This document shows, in pieces, positions 47,787-57,885 of a stretch of 64,000 nucleotides of DNA (positions within the stretch are counted from its first letter, which is position 1; every line of letters starts with the position of its first letter). The notes beneath the pieces were generated by a model that was not told where the DNA came from, did no database searches, and saw only the letters and a program-made list of their open reading frames with translations. The DNA comes from a bacterium (lineage in GTDB: Bacteria; Cyanobacteriota; Vampirovibrionia; Gastranaerophilales; Gastranaerophilaceae): assembly GCA_017541465.1 (NCBI GenBank), contig JAFXYZ010000039.1, positions 5,580 to 69,579 of the forward strand. Reading direction: 5' to 3'. Made by a program: the position numbers and the translations under genes.

Positions 47787-48341
47787 TTATATCTTTCTTG
47801 CTATAAGCATTCCGTCAGGAAGCGGAAGTATCTGCACCTGATAGTCTTTTCTTGAACTTATTTCATCAACAAACGGTTTAACCTTTTCCGCGTGTGAAGT
47901 AATATTGTCCGCTGCTATTATTCCCCCTGATTTTAAAAGAGGATGAAGAAGTTCAAAAAACTCCAGGTAGTGGGGTTTGCTCGCATCCATAAAGACAAAA
48001 TCAAACTGTTTATCGCTTAGCTTCTCTTTTATAACATCACTCGCAGAGCCCAAAAGAGAGGTTATTCTGTCCTCAACTCCGCAGAGTTTAAAGTTTTCAA
48101 GCGCCAAATCCCGTCTTTTATCCCAATATTCTATAGTGGTCAGATGTCCGCCCGTCTCTTCCAATGCTCTTGCGAGCCATATCCCCGAGTAGCCGTTTGA
48201 AGTTCCGAGTTCAAGCACCTCTTGTGATTTGTGTATTCTGATGAGCATATTTAAAAAGTTGGCACTGTCTTTTGAAACATTCCAAAACTTGTCGCTTGTT
48301 TCTTCAAGCTGTGCCAAAACTTTTTCCGTTAAGGTTTCCAT
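47787..48341 (-). CDS. class I SAM-dependent O-methyltransferase (family 3-like)
   Basis: 'VLELGTSNGYSGIWLA' and 'FDFVFMDA'. Confidence 0.72.
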   Translation of the reverse strand: METLTEKVLAQLEETSDKFWNVSKDSANFLNMLIRIHKSQEVLELGTSNGYSGIWLARALEETGGHLTTIEYWDKRRDLALENFKLCGVEDRITSLLGSASDVIKEKLSDKQFDFVFMDASKPHYLEFFELLHPLLKSGGIIAADNITSHAEKVKPFVDEISSRKDYQVQILPLPDGMLIARKI

Positions 48342-49966
48342 CAGAGCCTTTCTGTTACCGTTACACTGTTAACAGGCTTGTTAATGGGAATAACCTGAAG
48401 AATTTTGTTTTTATCCATATCAAGTACACTGAAATGGTGGTCTGTCATATTCATAATCAAAGCAACAGGCGTATCCCCTGCCTGAGAGATTTTTGTTGAA
48501 AATCCTTTCAGCTGTGTCGGAATAATGTTTGATGCCTGGAGTTCAGGGTTGATGTTATAGGTATAAACAGTATTCGTTTCTGCTGTCAGAACGTATAATC
48601 TGTTCTTATAAAGCACCATATCAATGGGTTTATTGCCTGTTTCGAGAGTTTTTGTTGAAGTTGCGTAAGAAACAGGCTTTTCGTCCAAATCAAACTGGGC
48701 ATGTTTTGCCTGAACATCGGGATCAAAGCCCGAAACCAAACCTTCAACCTGTTCGTTTGCCTTTTCTTCTCTCTTTAAAGCCTCTTTTTCTGCTTTCTTC
48801 TGAGCTTTTGTCTTAACGACTTCATAATGCGCATTAATATCATAGTTTATGGCAACTACTTCCGGTTTTGTTCTTGAAATCAGATAGATAACACTGTCTT
48901 TTTCTATCATCTTTGTGAGGTTCGGAACATTTGCTACAAACCTGTTTTCGTAGTTATCCAGCTTCATAATATAGATGGAAGAGCTTGTTTTATCGGAATA
49001 AATCAGATATTGTCCGTCTTCTGTCAGCACCATCTTTTGAGGTGAGCCGATTAACTGAATCTTTTCCTTCATTGTCATTGTGTTCATATCTATAATAGAA
49101 AGAACATTCGATTTTCCGCAGGCTACATAAGCCTTTGCGTGAGCGTCATCAACAACAATTTCGGTAGGATAATCTGTTAAATCAATTTTTCTTGCAACGT
49201 ATTCATTTTTAATATCAACAACGTCAATATTTTTCAGGTTTGCGCTTGCAACAAGAAGGTATTTTCCGCCCATTGCAGGCTTAACATCTTTGATTACACC
49301 TGAGGTTTTGAGCTCAAACAGTGGTTCTGCAACATTCGGGCTGAAAACCATAAGATAAGGCGACTGGTAGTTATTTACAAAGAAAAGTTTATTCTTAACA
49401 TCGTTTGAAACGTTTAATTTCTTAATCGTTACTCTCTTACCCGTCGGAAGCGGTGCGGAGGCGGTTGCTCTCTTCATTGCTTCTTCAACAGAATATTCAT
49501 TTAAAACGGGCACCTGAACGTTACCCAAAACACAGCTCAGGTTCGCAGGGAAGACAAGTCCTGTCGGAACAAGCATATCCTGTGGAATTAACCCTGTTCT
49601 GATTTCAAAAGGAACTTCTTCGAGCTTAGGCGCTGTCAAAAATCCATCTTTATTCTTTGAGAGCTTTATAAGGCTGTAGTTGTTATTAAAAATAACTATG
49701 TCGGGCTTTTTTGCAAAAGGAGTGTTAGCCGGAATTGTAGATTTAATCTTTAATTCGTCCACCTGCTCTGCGTTTGCGGGTATAACGGGGAGATAAATCG
49801 TTCCGTCCTCGTAGTTAATCAGCCCGTCAAATCTGACAGAAGGTACATCCTTTTGGTTTATGACAAAATCTTTAATATCCTTAGGAAGTTGTGTCGCAAA
49901 TGCACTCGCTGACAACATTACGACCATAAATATAACTGCTATAAACGATTTCATTTTTTTCATCAA
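48341..49966 (-). CDS. secreted beta-propeller repeat protein (YVTN/YncE-like)
   Basis: Signal peptide '..MVVMLSASAFA' and repeated units of the 'KAYVACGKSNVLSIIDMNT' type. Confidence 0.55.
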   Translation of the reverse strand: MMKKMKSFIAVIFMVVMLSASAFATQLPKDIKDFVINQKDVPSVRFDGLINYEDGTIYLPVIPANAEQVDELKIKSTIPANTPFAKKPDIVIFNNNYSLIKLSKNKDGFLTAPKLEEVPFEIRTGLIPQDMLVPTGLVFPANLSCVLGNVQVPVLNEYSVEEAMKRATASAPLPTGKRVTIKKLNVSNDVKNKLFFVNNYQSPYLMVFSPNVAEPLFELKTSGVIKDVKPAMGGKYLLVASANLKNIDVVDIKNEYVARKIDLTDYPTEIVVDDAHAKAYVACGKSNVLSIIDMNTMTMKEKIQLIGSPQKMVLTEDGQYLIYSDKTSSSIYIMKLDNYENRFVANVPNLTKMIEKDSVIYLISRTKPEVVAINYDINAHYEVVKTKAQKKAEKEALKREEKANEQVEGLVSGFDPDVQAKHAQFDLDEKPVSYATSTKTLETGNKPIDMVLYKNRLYVLTAETNTVYTYNINPELQASNIIPTQLKGFSTKISQAGDTPVALIMNMTDHHFSVLDMDKNKILQVIPINKPVNSVTVTERL

Positions 49967-49975
49967 TGTATCTCA

Positions 49976-51112
49976 CTATTTATTAAGTACACTCTTCATT
50001 TTATCAATAATATTTTCATTGGGCTTTTTGTTACAATTTAATTCCATAAGTTTTGTATAAAGCTCTTTTTCTTCTTTGCTCAAATTCTTTGGAGGGTTGA
50101 GTTTTACGACAAAATGGTGGTCACCGCGTTTGTTTTCGTTTCCTAAATGAAAGACACCTTTTCCTTTTAATGTTAAAACTTTGTCATGCTCAATTCCCTG
50201 AGGAACGGTTAATTCTTCTTCGCCGTCAATGGTTTTGACCTTTACCTGACACCCGAGAGCCGCCTGAGGGAAGGTTAAATCGAGCCTTGAATATATGTCA
50301 AAGCCGTCTCTTTTAAACTCTTTATGCTCCTTAACAAAAAGCACAACATAAAAATCGCCCGGGCTACCGCCGTTTTTCCCTGCGTTGCCTTCTTTTGCAA
50401 TTCTTATCTTTGAACCCGTTGATACGCCTTTCGGTATTCTTATCGTAATCTTTTTATCAGCGCTTACTCTTCCGTCACCGTGACAGTTTTCGCAGGGGCT
50501 TTCAACTACTTTCCCTTTTCCTCCGCAGGCATGGCATACGGAAATCTGTGAAAAACTTCCGAGAGGTGTTCTTGTTACCTGCTGTATTCTTCCTGTTCCG
50601 TGGCAGGTTTTGCATTCAACCGTCTTTGTACCGGGTTTTGCGCCTGTTCCGTTGCAGACACTGCAGGTTTCTAAGTGTTCTAGGGTAATTTGTTTCTCAA
50701 CACCGAAAACAGCCTCTTCAAAGGTTATTTCCATATCAAGTCTTAAATCAGCCCCGTCCTGAGGTGCGTTCGGATCCTGTCCGCCCATGCCGGAGCCGAA
50801 GGGCGAAAAACCGCCACCAAAGAAGCTTGAAAAGATTTCATCAAGCCCGCCGAAGCCAAAGTCAAACGGCCCCTGGGTATTAAAGCCCGCATCCTTCAGT
50901 CCGTCCTCGCCGTATCTGTCATAGGTTGCTCTCTTATTGTCGTCCATAAGAGTTTCGTAGGCTTTTCCGAGCTCTTTGAATTTTTCCTCCGCATCGGGGG
51001 CTTTGTTTACATCGGGGTGAAGCACTCTTGCTTTCTTTCTGAAAGCCGATTTTATCTCTTCCTTGGTTGCGTTTTTATCTACACCCAACACTTCATAATA
51101 GTTACTGCTCAT
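49976..51112 (-). CDS. dnaJ: molecular chaperone DnaJ
   Basis: J domain with HPD, a G/F region, and four CxxCxGxG repeats. Confidence 0.93.
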   Translation of the reverse strand: MSSNYYEVLGVDKNATKEEIKSAFRKKARVLHPDVNKAPDAEEKFKELGKAYETLMDDNKRATYDRYGEDGLKDAGFNTQGPFDFGFGGLDEIFSSFFGGGFSPFGSGMGGQDPNAPQDGADLRLDMEITFEEAVFGVEKQITLEHLETCSVCNGTGAKPGTKTVECKTCHGTGRIQQVTRTPLGSFSQISVCHACGGKGKVVESPCENCHGDGRVSADKKITIRIPKGVSTGSKIRIAKEGNAGKNGGSPGDFYVVLFVKEHKEFKRDGFDIYSRLDLTFPQAALGCQVKVKTIDGEEELTVPQGIEHDKVLTLKGKGVFHLGNENKRGDHHFVVKLNPPKNLSKEEKELYTKLMELNCNKKPNENIIDKMKSVLNK

Positions 51113-51138
51113 ATTAAATTTGTTTCTTCCTAATCTCT

Positions 51139-51777
51139 TTATTCACTCACTGCAACATTAACAAGAGCCGGTCTTAATACCTTATCCCCGTACTTATACC
51201 CCTTCTGAAGTTCTGCAATTATAGTTTCTTCCGGGTATTCTTCGGTCGGTGTTCTCATAACGGCTTCGTGTAAATTCGGGTTAAAGGTCTGGTCTTTTGT
51301 TTCGATAACCTCTAAGCCCATTTTTGTTAATGAATCCATTAACTGTTTATTTAAAATGACAAAATTTTCTTTCATTTTGTCAATATTGTCGATTTTATCA
51401 ATAGACTGCATCGCTCTGTCAAAATTATCAACTACCTCGATAACTTTTTTTAGGCATTCCACCGTTCCGTATTTTAAAAGGTTTTCTCTTTCCTGAGCCT
51501 GACGTTTTCTGAAATTGTCAAAATCAGCGGAAAGTCTTATATACTGATTATTCTTTTCTTCTAGCGCCTTCTTAACCTTGTCAAGTTCGCTCTCTTCAGG
51601 CTCTTGCTCAGTTTGTTCATCCGATATAGCCTGTTCTTCAGTTTGTTCGTCTTTTATTTCTTCTGTTTGTTCTTCTGCTGTTGTCGTTTCAGTTTCTTCT
51701 GTTATCTGTTCTTCGTCCATTGTAGTTTCTCCAAAAGGGTTTTTGCCTTTGTCTTTATTAAATAACCTGTTAAACAT
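51139..51777 (-). CDS. grpE: nucleotide exchange factor GrpE
   Basis: Acidic N-terminus, '[12 protein letters not shown]' and 'HEAV'. Confidence 0.9.
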   Translation of the reverse strand: MFNRLFNKDKGKNPFGETTMDEEQITEETETTTAEEQTEEIKDEQTEEQAISDEQTEQEPEESELDKVKKALEEKNNQYIRLSADFDNFRKRQAQERENLLKYGTVECLKKVIEVVDNFDRAMQSIDKIDNIDKMKENFVILNKQLMDSLTKMGLEVIETKDQTFNPNLHEAVMRTPTEEYPEETIIAELQKGYKYGDKVLRPALVNVAVSE

Positions 51778-51936
51778 TTCACCCTTCCCTAATTATCTCT
51801 TATAAACATTATATTCCATAAATCCCTGCTCTCAATTGTTTATTAATTATTTCTTAACTATTCTAAAAATACTGTAAATGATGGCTTGCAACATCCCCGA
51901 TTAAATTATACCATGTAAAAGACAGGGAAGTTTTTT

Positions 51937-52929
51937 ATGGCAAAAATCAGAAAAATAAATCTGTTAGATGTTATCAACGTTCGCAAATTGGTTTCCTTCA
52001 TCTGCGCTGATGAGGTTATCCACTACAAACGTCTGTTTTTTGCCTCTGCACCTATGACCTTTTTCCAGAATTTCTTTCCCCTGTTTATGAGAAAACAGCC
52101 CGAAACCTATGTTGCGGAAACAGACGGCGAACTGCGAGGGGTTATAAGCCTTAAAGCCCAGTGCCTTAACTGCAGAAAGTGGGAAATAATAAGGCTTTTT
52201 CTTCAGAAAAATTCCTATGATACGGGAAAACAACTTGTTGATTATGTTGTTTCTCACTTCGGTGCGGTCGGCGCGACAACCTTCTTTGCGGTCATTAACG
52301 ACACAGAAACAGAACTTCTTGAGCTCTTTGTTAAAGGGGCAGGGTTCAGAATGTGCTCATGTACCGCACTTCACCTGATGTCTAATATTAATTTCTTTGA
52401 TGAAAATTTTTCAAAACTAAACTTCAGAATGATAAAGTCTTCAGATTCTCAAAGGCTTGCCGATTTCTTTAACGAAAACATTTTTTCCTCCTTTAAAAAT
52501 TCACTCCAGAAGGATAAATCGGAGTTCTCGGATGTCCTCTTTAAAGGGCTCGGGAATGCGATGTTCAGATATATTTTAGAGGACGGCGACAATATCATTT
52601 CTTATATCGAAATTTTTGCCTACGACAATTCGACCTACGGCATTGATATTATTATCTCTCAGGGGTATATGAATTTGTATTCCCAAATTCTTAGTTTTGC
52701 CGTTTCAGAGGTTAAAAAGAGAAACAAAAACGTTTCTATTTATATCAAAAACAGAAAATATCTGATGTCTGGCTACGAAATTGAAGATTTCTTCAAACAA
52801 AATCACTTTGAGATGCTCGAAAATAAGGTTGTACTCGTTAAAGATTTTTATAAAAGAATTGAAAACGAAGTCCAGAGCCCCGCAATAGCATTTTCATCAA
52901 TGAAATCAAACAGAGCATACTTCTTTTAG
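51937..52929 (+). CDS. hypothetical protein, possibly tandem GNAT-like acetyltransferase folds
   Basis: 330 aa with a weak GNAT-like pattern around 'GELRGVISLK...LFVKGAGFR'. Low certainty. Confidence 0.35.
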   Translation: MAKIRKINLLDVINVRKLVSFICADEVIHYKRLFFASAPMTFFQNFFPLFMRKQPETYVAETDGELRGVISLKAQCLNCRKWEIIRLFLQKNSYDTGKQLVDYVVSHFGAVGATTFFAVINDTETELLELFVKGAGFRMCSCTALHLMSNINFFDENFSKLNFRMIKSSDSQRLADFFNENIFSSFKNSLQKDKSEFSDVLFKGLGNAMFRYILEDGDNIISYIEIFAYDNSTYGIDIIISQGYMNLYSQILSFAVSEVKKRNKNVSIYIKNRKYLMSGYEIEDFFKQNHFEMLENKVVLVKDFYKRIENEVQSPAIAFSSMKSNRAYFF

Positions 52930-53030
52930 AAAAGAAGTATGCAAGAAAATTTTAATAACTTTGCAGATTAATTAAAATATTTAAAAATCATTCGTAAATG
53001 TCATTAATGTTATTTCAAAAGTCGGTAGTT

Positions 53031-53063
53031 GGTAGGTTGGGTTTTAACCCAACAACATTGAAT
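53031..53063 (+). repeat. REP-like GTAG hairpin
   Basis: gtcggtagttggtaggttgggttttaacccaac: a GTAG followed by the gttgggtt/aacccaac stem. Confidence 0.4.
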
Positions 53064-53077
53064 TTTGCATAAAATTT

Positions 53078-54934
53078 TTATTTCAGATACTGCATAGCAC
53101 GTTTTTCGATTATTTCCCCTCTTTTCATCAGATCATCTATTGCCTGGGTATCTACCTCTGTTTCAAAAACAGGGGCTTCAGAGGAGGGAATATATCTTCT
53201 TGTCGATTTTGAAAGCGGGTTTGCACCGCTCACATCTTCACCTGAGTTTTGCGCTATAAAATCATTGTATAAATTTTCGGGTTGTACGTTTGTATATTGC
53301 TGTTGAGGGTTAAACGAAACCTGCTGAACATCGTTATTTTGATACTGTTTGATTAAATCCATTGCATTAACGGGCTCTTTTTGTTCCTGCGCCTGAACCT
53401 GCTGAGGCTGTTTATTATCTTTATTTCCCTTTTCTTTTGCCAGATATGTTTTCGGCTCGCCAAAAATCTTGTGGCAGAGCTTTGTTATCGGTTTTAAAAG
53501 AAGCGGTGCCGCAACGAACATAACAAGACCGAATCTCAAAGCACCTCCGGCTACTCCGCTTAATTTCGGGAATTTCTTCATCGGGCCTGCTTTGATTGCG
53601 TCAAGTCCGCCGCCTATTATCTTACCTGCAAATTTTAACGGATGCTCCCAGAATTTGAGTTTAGTTGCACCCTTCATAGCATCCTTCATAGCTGATTTAT
53701 AAGCTGAAGGATTTTTTGCAACAGTTTCGCCGAACTGTTTAACCGCATCGGCACTGACACCTTTTAAGAATAACTTCTTCTGGGCTTTTGCTATTTTTAG
53801 ACCTTCTTTAGTAAGCTCTGAAGTATTGACCTTAGACAAAAATTCTCTGAAGGCTGAAATTCCTTCCTTTGTCATTCCTCTATATTTATTGCCTGCCAGC
53901 TGATAAACGAGGTCTTTGCTGGAAGCAAACAGGAGGTATGAGCCTAAGTCATTTACAACAACATGCATAAAGGTGCTTAATTTTTCGCCTTTTGGCGCAT
54001 CGTGTGCTTCTTTAATCGCCTGAGCAAAGCAGAAGGCCTGTAAAATCGTTCCCGCAGGTCCGCCAGCCATACCGTTCGTCAAGCCCTCTAAGGTTCTTAA
54101 AGTACCTTTTGCCATTCCTTTTCCTAAGGGGGTTTTTGCTACCATATTTGCGGTATCAATTCCCGCTTTTTCAAGAGCTTTTTTCGTCTGGTTCGGGGCG
54201 ATTGTTATTAATTTATTTCTTAACTCAGAAAGTCTTATATGTCTTTTTAAGAATTTACCCATTGTAAAGCCTTCAGGGATGCCGTTTGCTTTGCAGTGTT
54301 CAGCCATCTTATGCAGACCTACCGCCAAATCATCAACGTAATCAGCGGGATTTGCGCCCTTCAGAGCATCTTCACCCGCAAGTCCCAAATCTTTCAGCAT
54401 TTTCGGGTTAAAAAAGTCTTTAAGATTAATTGCAGGGTTCTTTTCGTGTATTTCCTTCAGTATTCCAAGTGCATCACCCGCTAGCTCTGATTTCGTTCCG
54501 AGTGAGCGGACAAGAGAAATTGATGGCTTTGCAGCATAATCTTTTGTGAAATACTTCGTAAATCTGTTCGTTTTTAAGAAATTGCCTATCCCTGTCGCTT
54601 TCGTTGTATTAACAACGTTATCAAGATGAAGCCTTGTATATAAATTATCCCCAAAAGTTCCTATTTTACCGAGCATTGAACTCTTATATTCGCCCGAAAT
54701 CGATTTGTTGATAGGTTTTACTACAGTCATTAGCGCAGGCCATAAACATAGAGCCCCTGCCATAACCTTTGGATCTCTCATACCATCCGAAGCCTTAACA
54801 GTCGGGTTTTCGTTTACGTTTGTTGTTACGTTTTCCTTCAGCTGTTCTCTGCTCGGCAAATTAGCACCGTTAGACGGCACGAATTTCATCGGTATATATT
54901 GTCTGTTCGGAATATTATTAATTTCGCCGGCCAT
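53078..54934 (-). CDS. large orphan protein, unknown function
   Basis: 618 aa with no signal peptide. It is K/G/A-rich, has one or two hydrophobic segments ('ALRFGLVMFVAAPLLL') and a Q/N-rich C-terminal region. Confidence 0.55.
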   Translation of the reverse strand: MAGEINNIPNRQYIPMKFVPSNGANLPSREQLKENVTTNVNENPTVKASDGMRDPKVMAGALCLWPALMTVVKPINKSISGEYKSSMLGKIGTFGDNLYTRLHLDNVVNTTKATGIGNFLKTNRFTKYFTKDYAAKPSISLVRSLGTKSELAGDALGILKEIHEKNPAINLKDFFNPKMLKDLGLAGEDALKGANPADYVDDLAVGLHKMAEHCKANGIPEGFTMGKFLKRHIRLSELRNKLITIAPNQTKKALEKAGIDTANMVAKTPLGKGMAKGTLRTLEGLTNGMAGGPAGTILQAFCFAQAIKEAHDAPKGEKLSTFMHVVVNDLGSYLLFASSKDLVYQLAGNKYRGMTKEGISAFREFLSKVNTSELTKEGLKIAKAQKKLFLKGVSADAVKQFGETVAKNPSAYKSAMKDAMKGATKLKFWEHPLKFAGKIIGGGLDAIKAGPMKKFPKLSGVAGGALRFGLVMFVAAPLLLKPITKLCHKIFGEPKTYLAKEKGNKDNKQPQQVQAQEQKEPVNAMDLIKQYQNNDVQQVSFNPQQQYTNVQPENLYNDFIAQNSGEDVSGANPLSKSTRRYIPSSEAPVFETEVDTQAIDDLMKRGEIIEKRAMQYLK

Positions 54935-55053
54935 AGTAATCCCTTACCTTACATTATATATAAAACATTTCGCCCCGAAGAATTTACGTCAGTTTATAAA
55001 ATAAGAAGAGATATTTATAAAACTTTACAGAGTTTTTTGCCCCCTAACCCCTG

Positions 55054-55078
55054 CCCCTTTCCCTCAGGGGGAGAGGGG
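55054..55078. repeat. C/G-tract hairpin (cccctttccc / gggagagggg)
   Basis: 10-bp stem including two G:T pairs, with loop tcagg. Confidence 0.55.
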
Positions 55079-55096
55079 AATATTTTTTTACAAATT

Positions 55097-55125
55097 AAAA
55101 GGCGGTCTTTTGAACCGCCTTTTTT
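55097..55125 (-). terminator. rho-independent terminator of the 270-aa gene
   Basis: Stem aaaaggcggt/accgcctttt. On the minus strand it is followed by a T-run. Confidence 0.7.
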
Positions 55126-55142
55126 ATATTCCTCTTGGATTA

Positions 55143-55955
55143 TTAAGATTTTGCAAATATACCGTATGACTTTTCTACATTGTCTTTTATGATAGAGTCA
55201 ATAGATTCAAGTTCTTTAGTAATTGCAGTCTGCTCTGTTTCAAGTAAACTTAACTCGGTTTCGAGTTCTTTGTCTTTTGAGTTAATTTTGTTCATAGCTG
55301 CAGTGTATTTAGCATAAGCAGCCGCGTCGTTTGATGTGTCAAAATCGACTCTCATATCTTCATTTGCAAGGAAATTAGGATAACGGGTAATATTTGTTCC
55401 GTCAATTTTGGCGAGGTTAACGACACCCTCTGTAACTTTGTTGTTGATGAGTTTATAGTGTTCGATATATGCTTTCGCATCTTTCAGTGCATAGTATTTG
55501 TCACCGATTTTGATATATTGTCCGTTGTCTAAGTTGTTTGTGTTTTGAGTTGTGTTGCCGTCTTCATCGGTAACAGTGTTTCCGTTTACTGTGTAAACTT
55601 TTGAAATCGGGTTTCCGTCTGCATCTTTTGGAACATCCCAGGTTGTTGCGCCTTCTGCTGAAGTATCAGCTTTTAAATAGATAGCATCAACGGCGGCATC
55701 AACAAGGTAATATCCCGCATCTTTTAAGTTGTTGTAAGTAATATTTTCATAACTGTAGCCTGTTGTTTCCGCAGAATTTGTTATTCTGATTTTGATGTTT
55801 TTGTCATCAATTGCATTTGCGTACTCAGTTGAAATCTGCTGTGTTTCCGTAGTCAATCTCTGCTGTTGTTCAGCAATAGCCATCATCTGGTATTCTACAT
55901 CACTCTGTCTGGCGGTCAGATATAATATTCTGCATTGAGATGCCGCTAAACCCAT
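55143..55955 (-). CDS. orphan protein with helical termini and a variable beta-rich centre
   Basis: 270 aa with no signal peptide. N-terminus 'MGLAASQCRILYLTARQSDVEYQ..' and heptad-like C-terminus 'ELETELSLLETEQTAITKELESIDSII'. It has its own terminator. Confidence 0.6.
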   Translation of the reverse strand: MGLAASQCRILYLTARQSDVEYQMMAIAEQQQRLTTETQQISTEYANAIDDKNIKIRITNSAETTGYSYENITYNNLKDAGYYLVDAAVDAIYLKADTSAEGATTWDVPKDADGNPISKVYTVNGNTVTDEDGNTTQNTNNLDNGQYIKIGDKYYALKDAKAYIEHYKLINNKVTEGVVNLAKIDGTNITRYPNFLANEDMRVDFDTSNDAAAYAKYTAAMNKINSKDKELETELSLLETEQTAITKELESIDSIIKDNVEKSYGIFAKS

Positions 55956-56135
55956 AATTTAAAACCTCTATATTTTATTACCACATTTATATAAAAACAT
56001 TTAATATATAACGATTGCATACAATGTATATATTGTTACAATACTTTACATATTGTTTTTATATGAACGGCTATAAATTAAGTTCCATAATTCAGAACCG
56101 TTCTAACATGGTATCGGCAGAATGGTTATAAAACT

Positions 56136-57698
56136 TTACTCTCTGTTCTTGATATATGAAGAAATGTCAACAACGTTATTAACCTCCTGGGGCAGGTAGC
56201 TTTCGCAGGAGTGCCATAAAACTGTTTCTTCCGCTTCAGCACTTGAATCAGCTACGATATTTTTGTTGCAGAAGCCTTTAATCATATTGTCACTGCCGTC
56301 AATTTTTGCCGTAAAGTAAGCACAGGTCTGGCATATCTTCATTCTGAAACCGTTTTTGGAAAGTATATCAGACATATTGCTTATCGCATCGCACATTCTG
56401 ACGCATTCTTTTTTGCTTTCCCTCTTTTTGTTTCCGTATCTGAAGATGACCTTTTTAAACCCGCTTTCTGATACAAGGTCTATTGTGCAGGGGTAGTTGT
56501 TTTTGCCGTTTGTTACCATTACATCAACAGTCAGCTTTTCTATTCTGGTGGATTCATCTTCTTTTTTCATTGTGAAAATATTTTTAAAGAAGGATAATTC
56601 TTTAATTGTTGAAAATATTGAATAGAAGGGGAACATAATAATCTGTCCTATGGAGGAAAAATTCAGTCTTGATTTCAGTAAGGACATTGTGAAGGCGAGC
56701 AGAAGAATGACCGCAGGAATTATTATCATAACGGGCGGTATATGGAACTGGTACTGTATTCCGAAGAATAATAATGCTATAGTCAGTATTCCGAACAATA
56801 CCGGGTTCGGCTTCAGAAGTGAAACCAAAAATTCGGTGAAGTAGAAATTTCTTAAAAGTTTTGATTTTAAGCAGTTCAAAATCAGTGAATATTTAAATCC
56901 TGAGGTTGCACGTTTGGGAACATAGTCGTTTGAGAAAACGTAGGTTTTTATTTCATTATGGAACATCGGTTTAAAACCGCTTCCCGTCAGTAAAAATGAG
57001 TATTTCAACTCTGAATTTGCATCTTTAAAGTCGATACACTGAACTGTTTTTATAATATCGTGTTTAATAGCGAGGTTGCCGGAGTTAATGGGGTTGCAGA
57101 GGGAAAGTCTTGCTCTTCCGCATTTTATCACGTTATTGTTGAATTTGTTTACCTTCTCATACATTGTTTGTTTGAGTGTCGGGTTTTCAAGGACAATATT
57201 TGTTGAGCCGACAACGACATCATCTGTCTGAAGAGCTTCGTTTATTGATTTTAAATAGGTGTTTGTAATGTTTGAGGTTGCATCAAGGAAAACAAACGCA
57301 TCAACGTTTCTGAAGGAGATAAGATTTTCAAGAAGCCAGGAAATAGCTTTATCTTTGCCCATGGGCTCCGAGTCCTGAAGCCTCCATATCTTCGCTCCGC
57401 CGATTATTTCGAGTTTGTTCGAGCTGTCATCGGTGCATTTATCCAGTATGATGTGAATCTGATAGTTGCTTGAGGGGTAATCCTGTTTGCACAGTGATTC
57501 AAGAAGGGAAACAACGGTTGCTTCGTTGTTGTGTGCATAAACAACGACAATCAGGTTGTTCTTTTTTATCTGTACATCCTCTGCTATAGCCTTTCTTTTC
57601 TTTAAGGAAGCGAAAACTATCGTGCAAAAATAGGCTGTGTATAAAATAAAATATATGTAAATAATGTCAAATAGTATCAATAATAGTCTGTCTAGCAT
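56136..57698 (-). CDS. membrane-embedded family-2 glycosyltransferase with extra C-terminal cytoplasmic domain
   Basis: N-terminal TM segment, GT-A 'VVVYAHNNEATVVSLLESLCKQDYP..ILDKCTDDS' and 'FLDATS', a TM bundle, and a ~140-aa Cys/His-containing tail. Confidence 0.7.
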   Translation of the reverse strand: MLDRLLLILFDIIYIYFILYTAYFCTIVFASLKKRKAIAEDVQIKKNNLIVVVYAHNNEATVVSLLESLCKQDYPSSNYQIHIILDKCTDDSSNKLEIIGGAKIWRLQDSEPMGKDKAISWLLENLISFRNVDAFVFLDATSNITNTYLKSINEALQTDDVVVGSTNIVLENPTLKQTMYEKVNKFNNNVIKCGRARLSLCNPINSGNLAIKHDIIKTVQCIDFKDANSELKYSFLLTGSGFKPMFHNEIKTYVFSNDYVPKRATSGFKYSLILNCLKSKLLRNFYFTEFLVSLLKPNPVLFGILTIALLFFGIQYQFHIPPVMIIIPAVILLLAFTMSLLKSRLNFSSIGQIIMFPFYSIFSTIKELSFFKNIFTMKKEDESTRIEKLTVDVMVTNGKNNYPCTIDLVSESGFKKVIFRYGNKKRESKKECVRMCDAISNMSDILSKNGFRMKICQTCAYFTAKIDGSDNMIKGFCNKNIVADSSAEAEETVLWHSCESYLPQEVNNVVDISSYIKNRE

Positions 57699-57885
57699 GT
57701 GTTTTTCCTCTCACCATGCTTTTTATAACATAAAAGAATTTTGTTTTCTATAAAAAATTAAGAGATAAATCAAGATATTGTAAATTTTTATTAATTTTTT
57801 CATGAAATATATAAAAAAATATTCATATTTGAATTATTATAAGTGTAACAAATCCCCAAATCTCCTCCCAAGATTATTAAGTATA

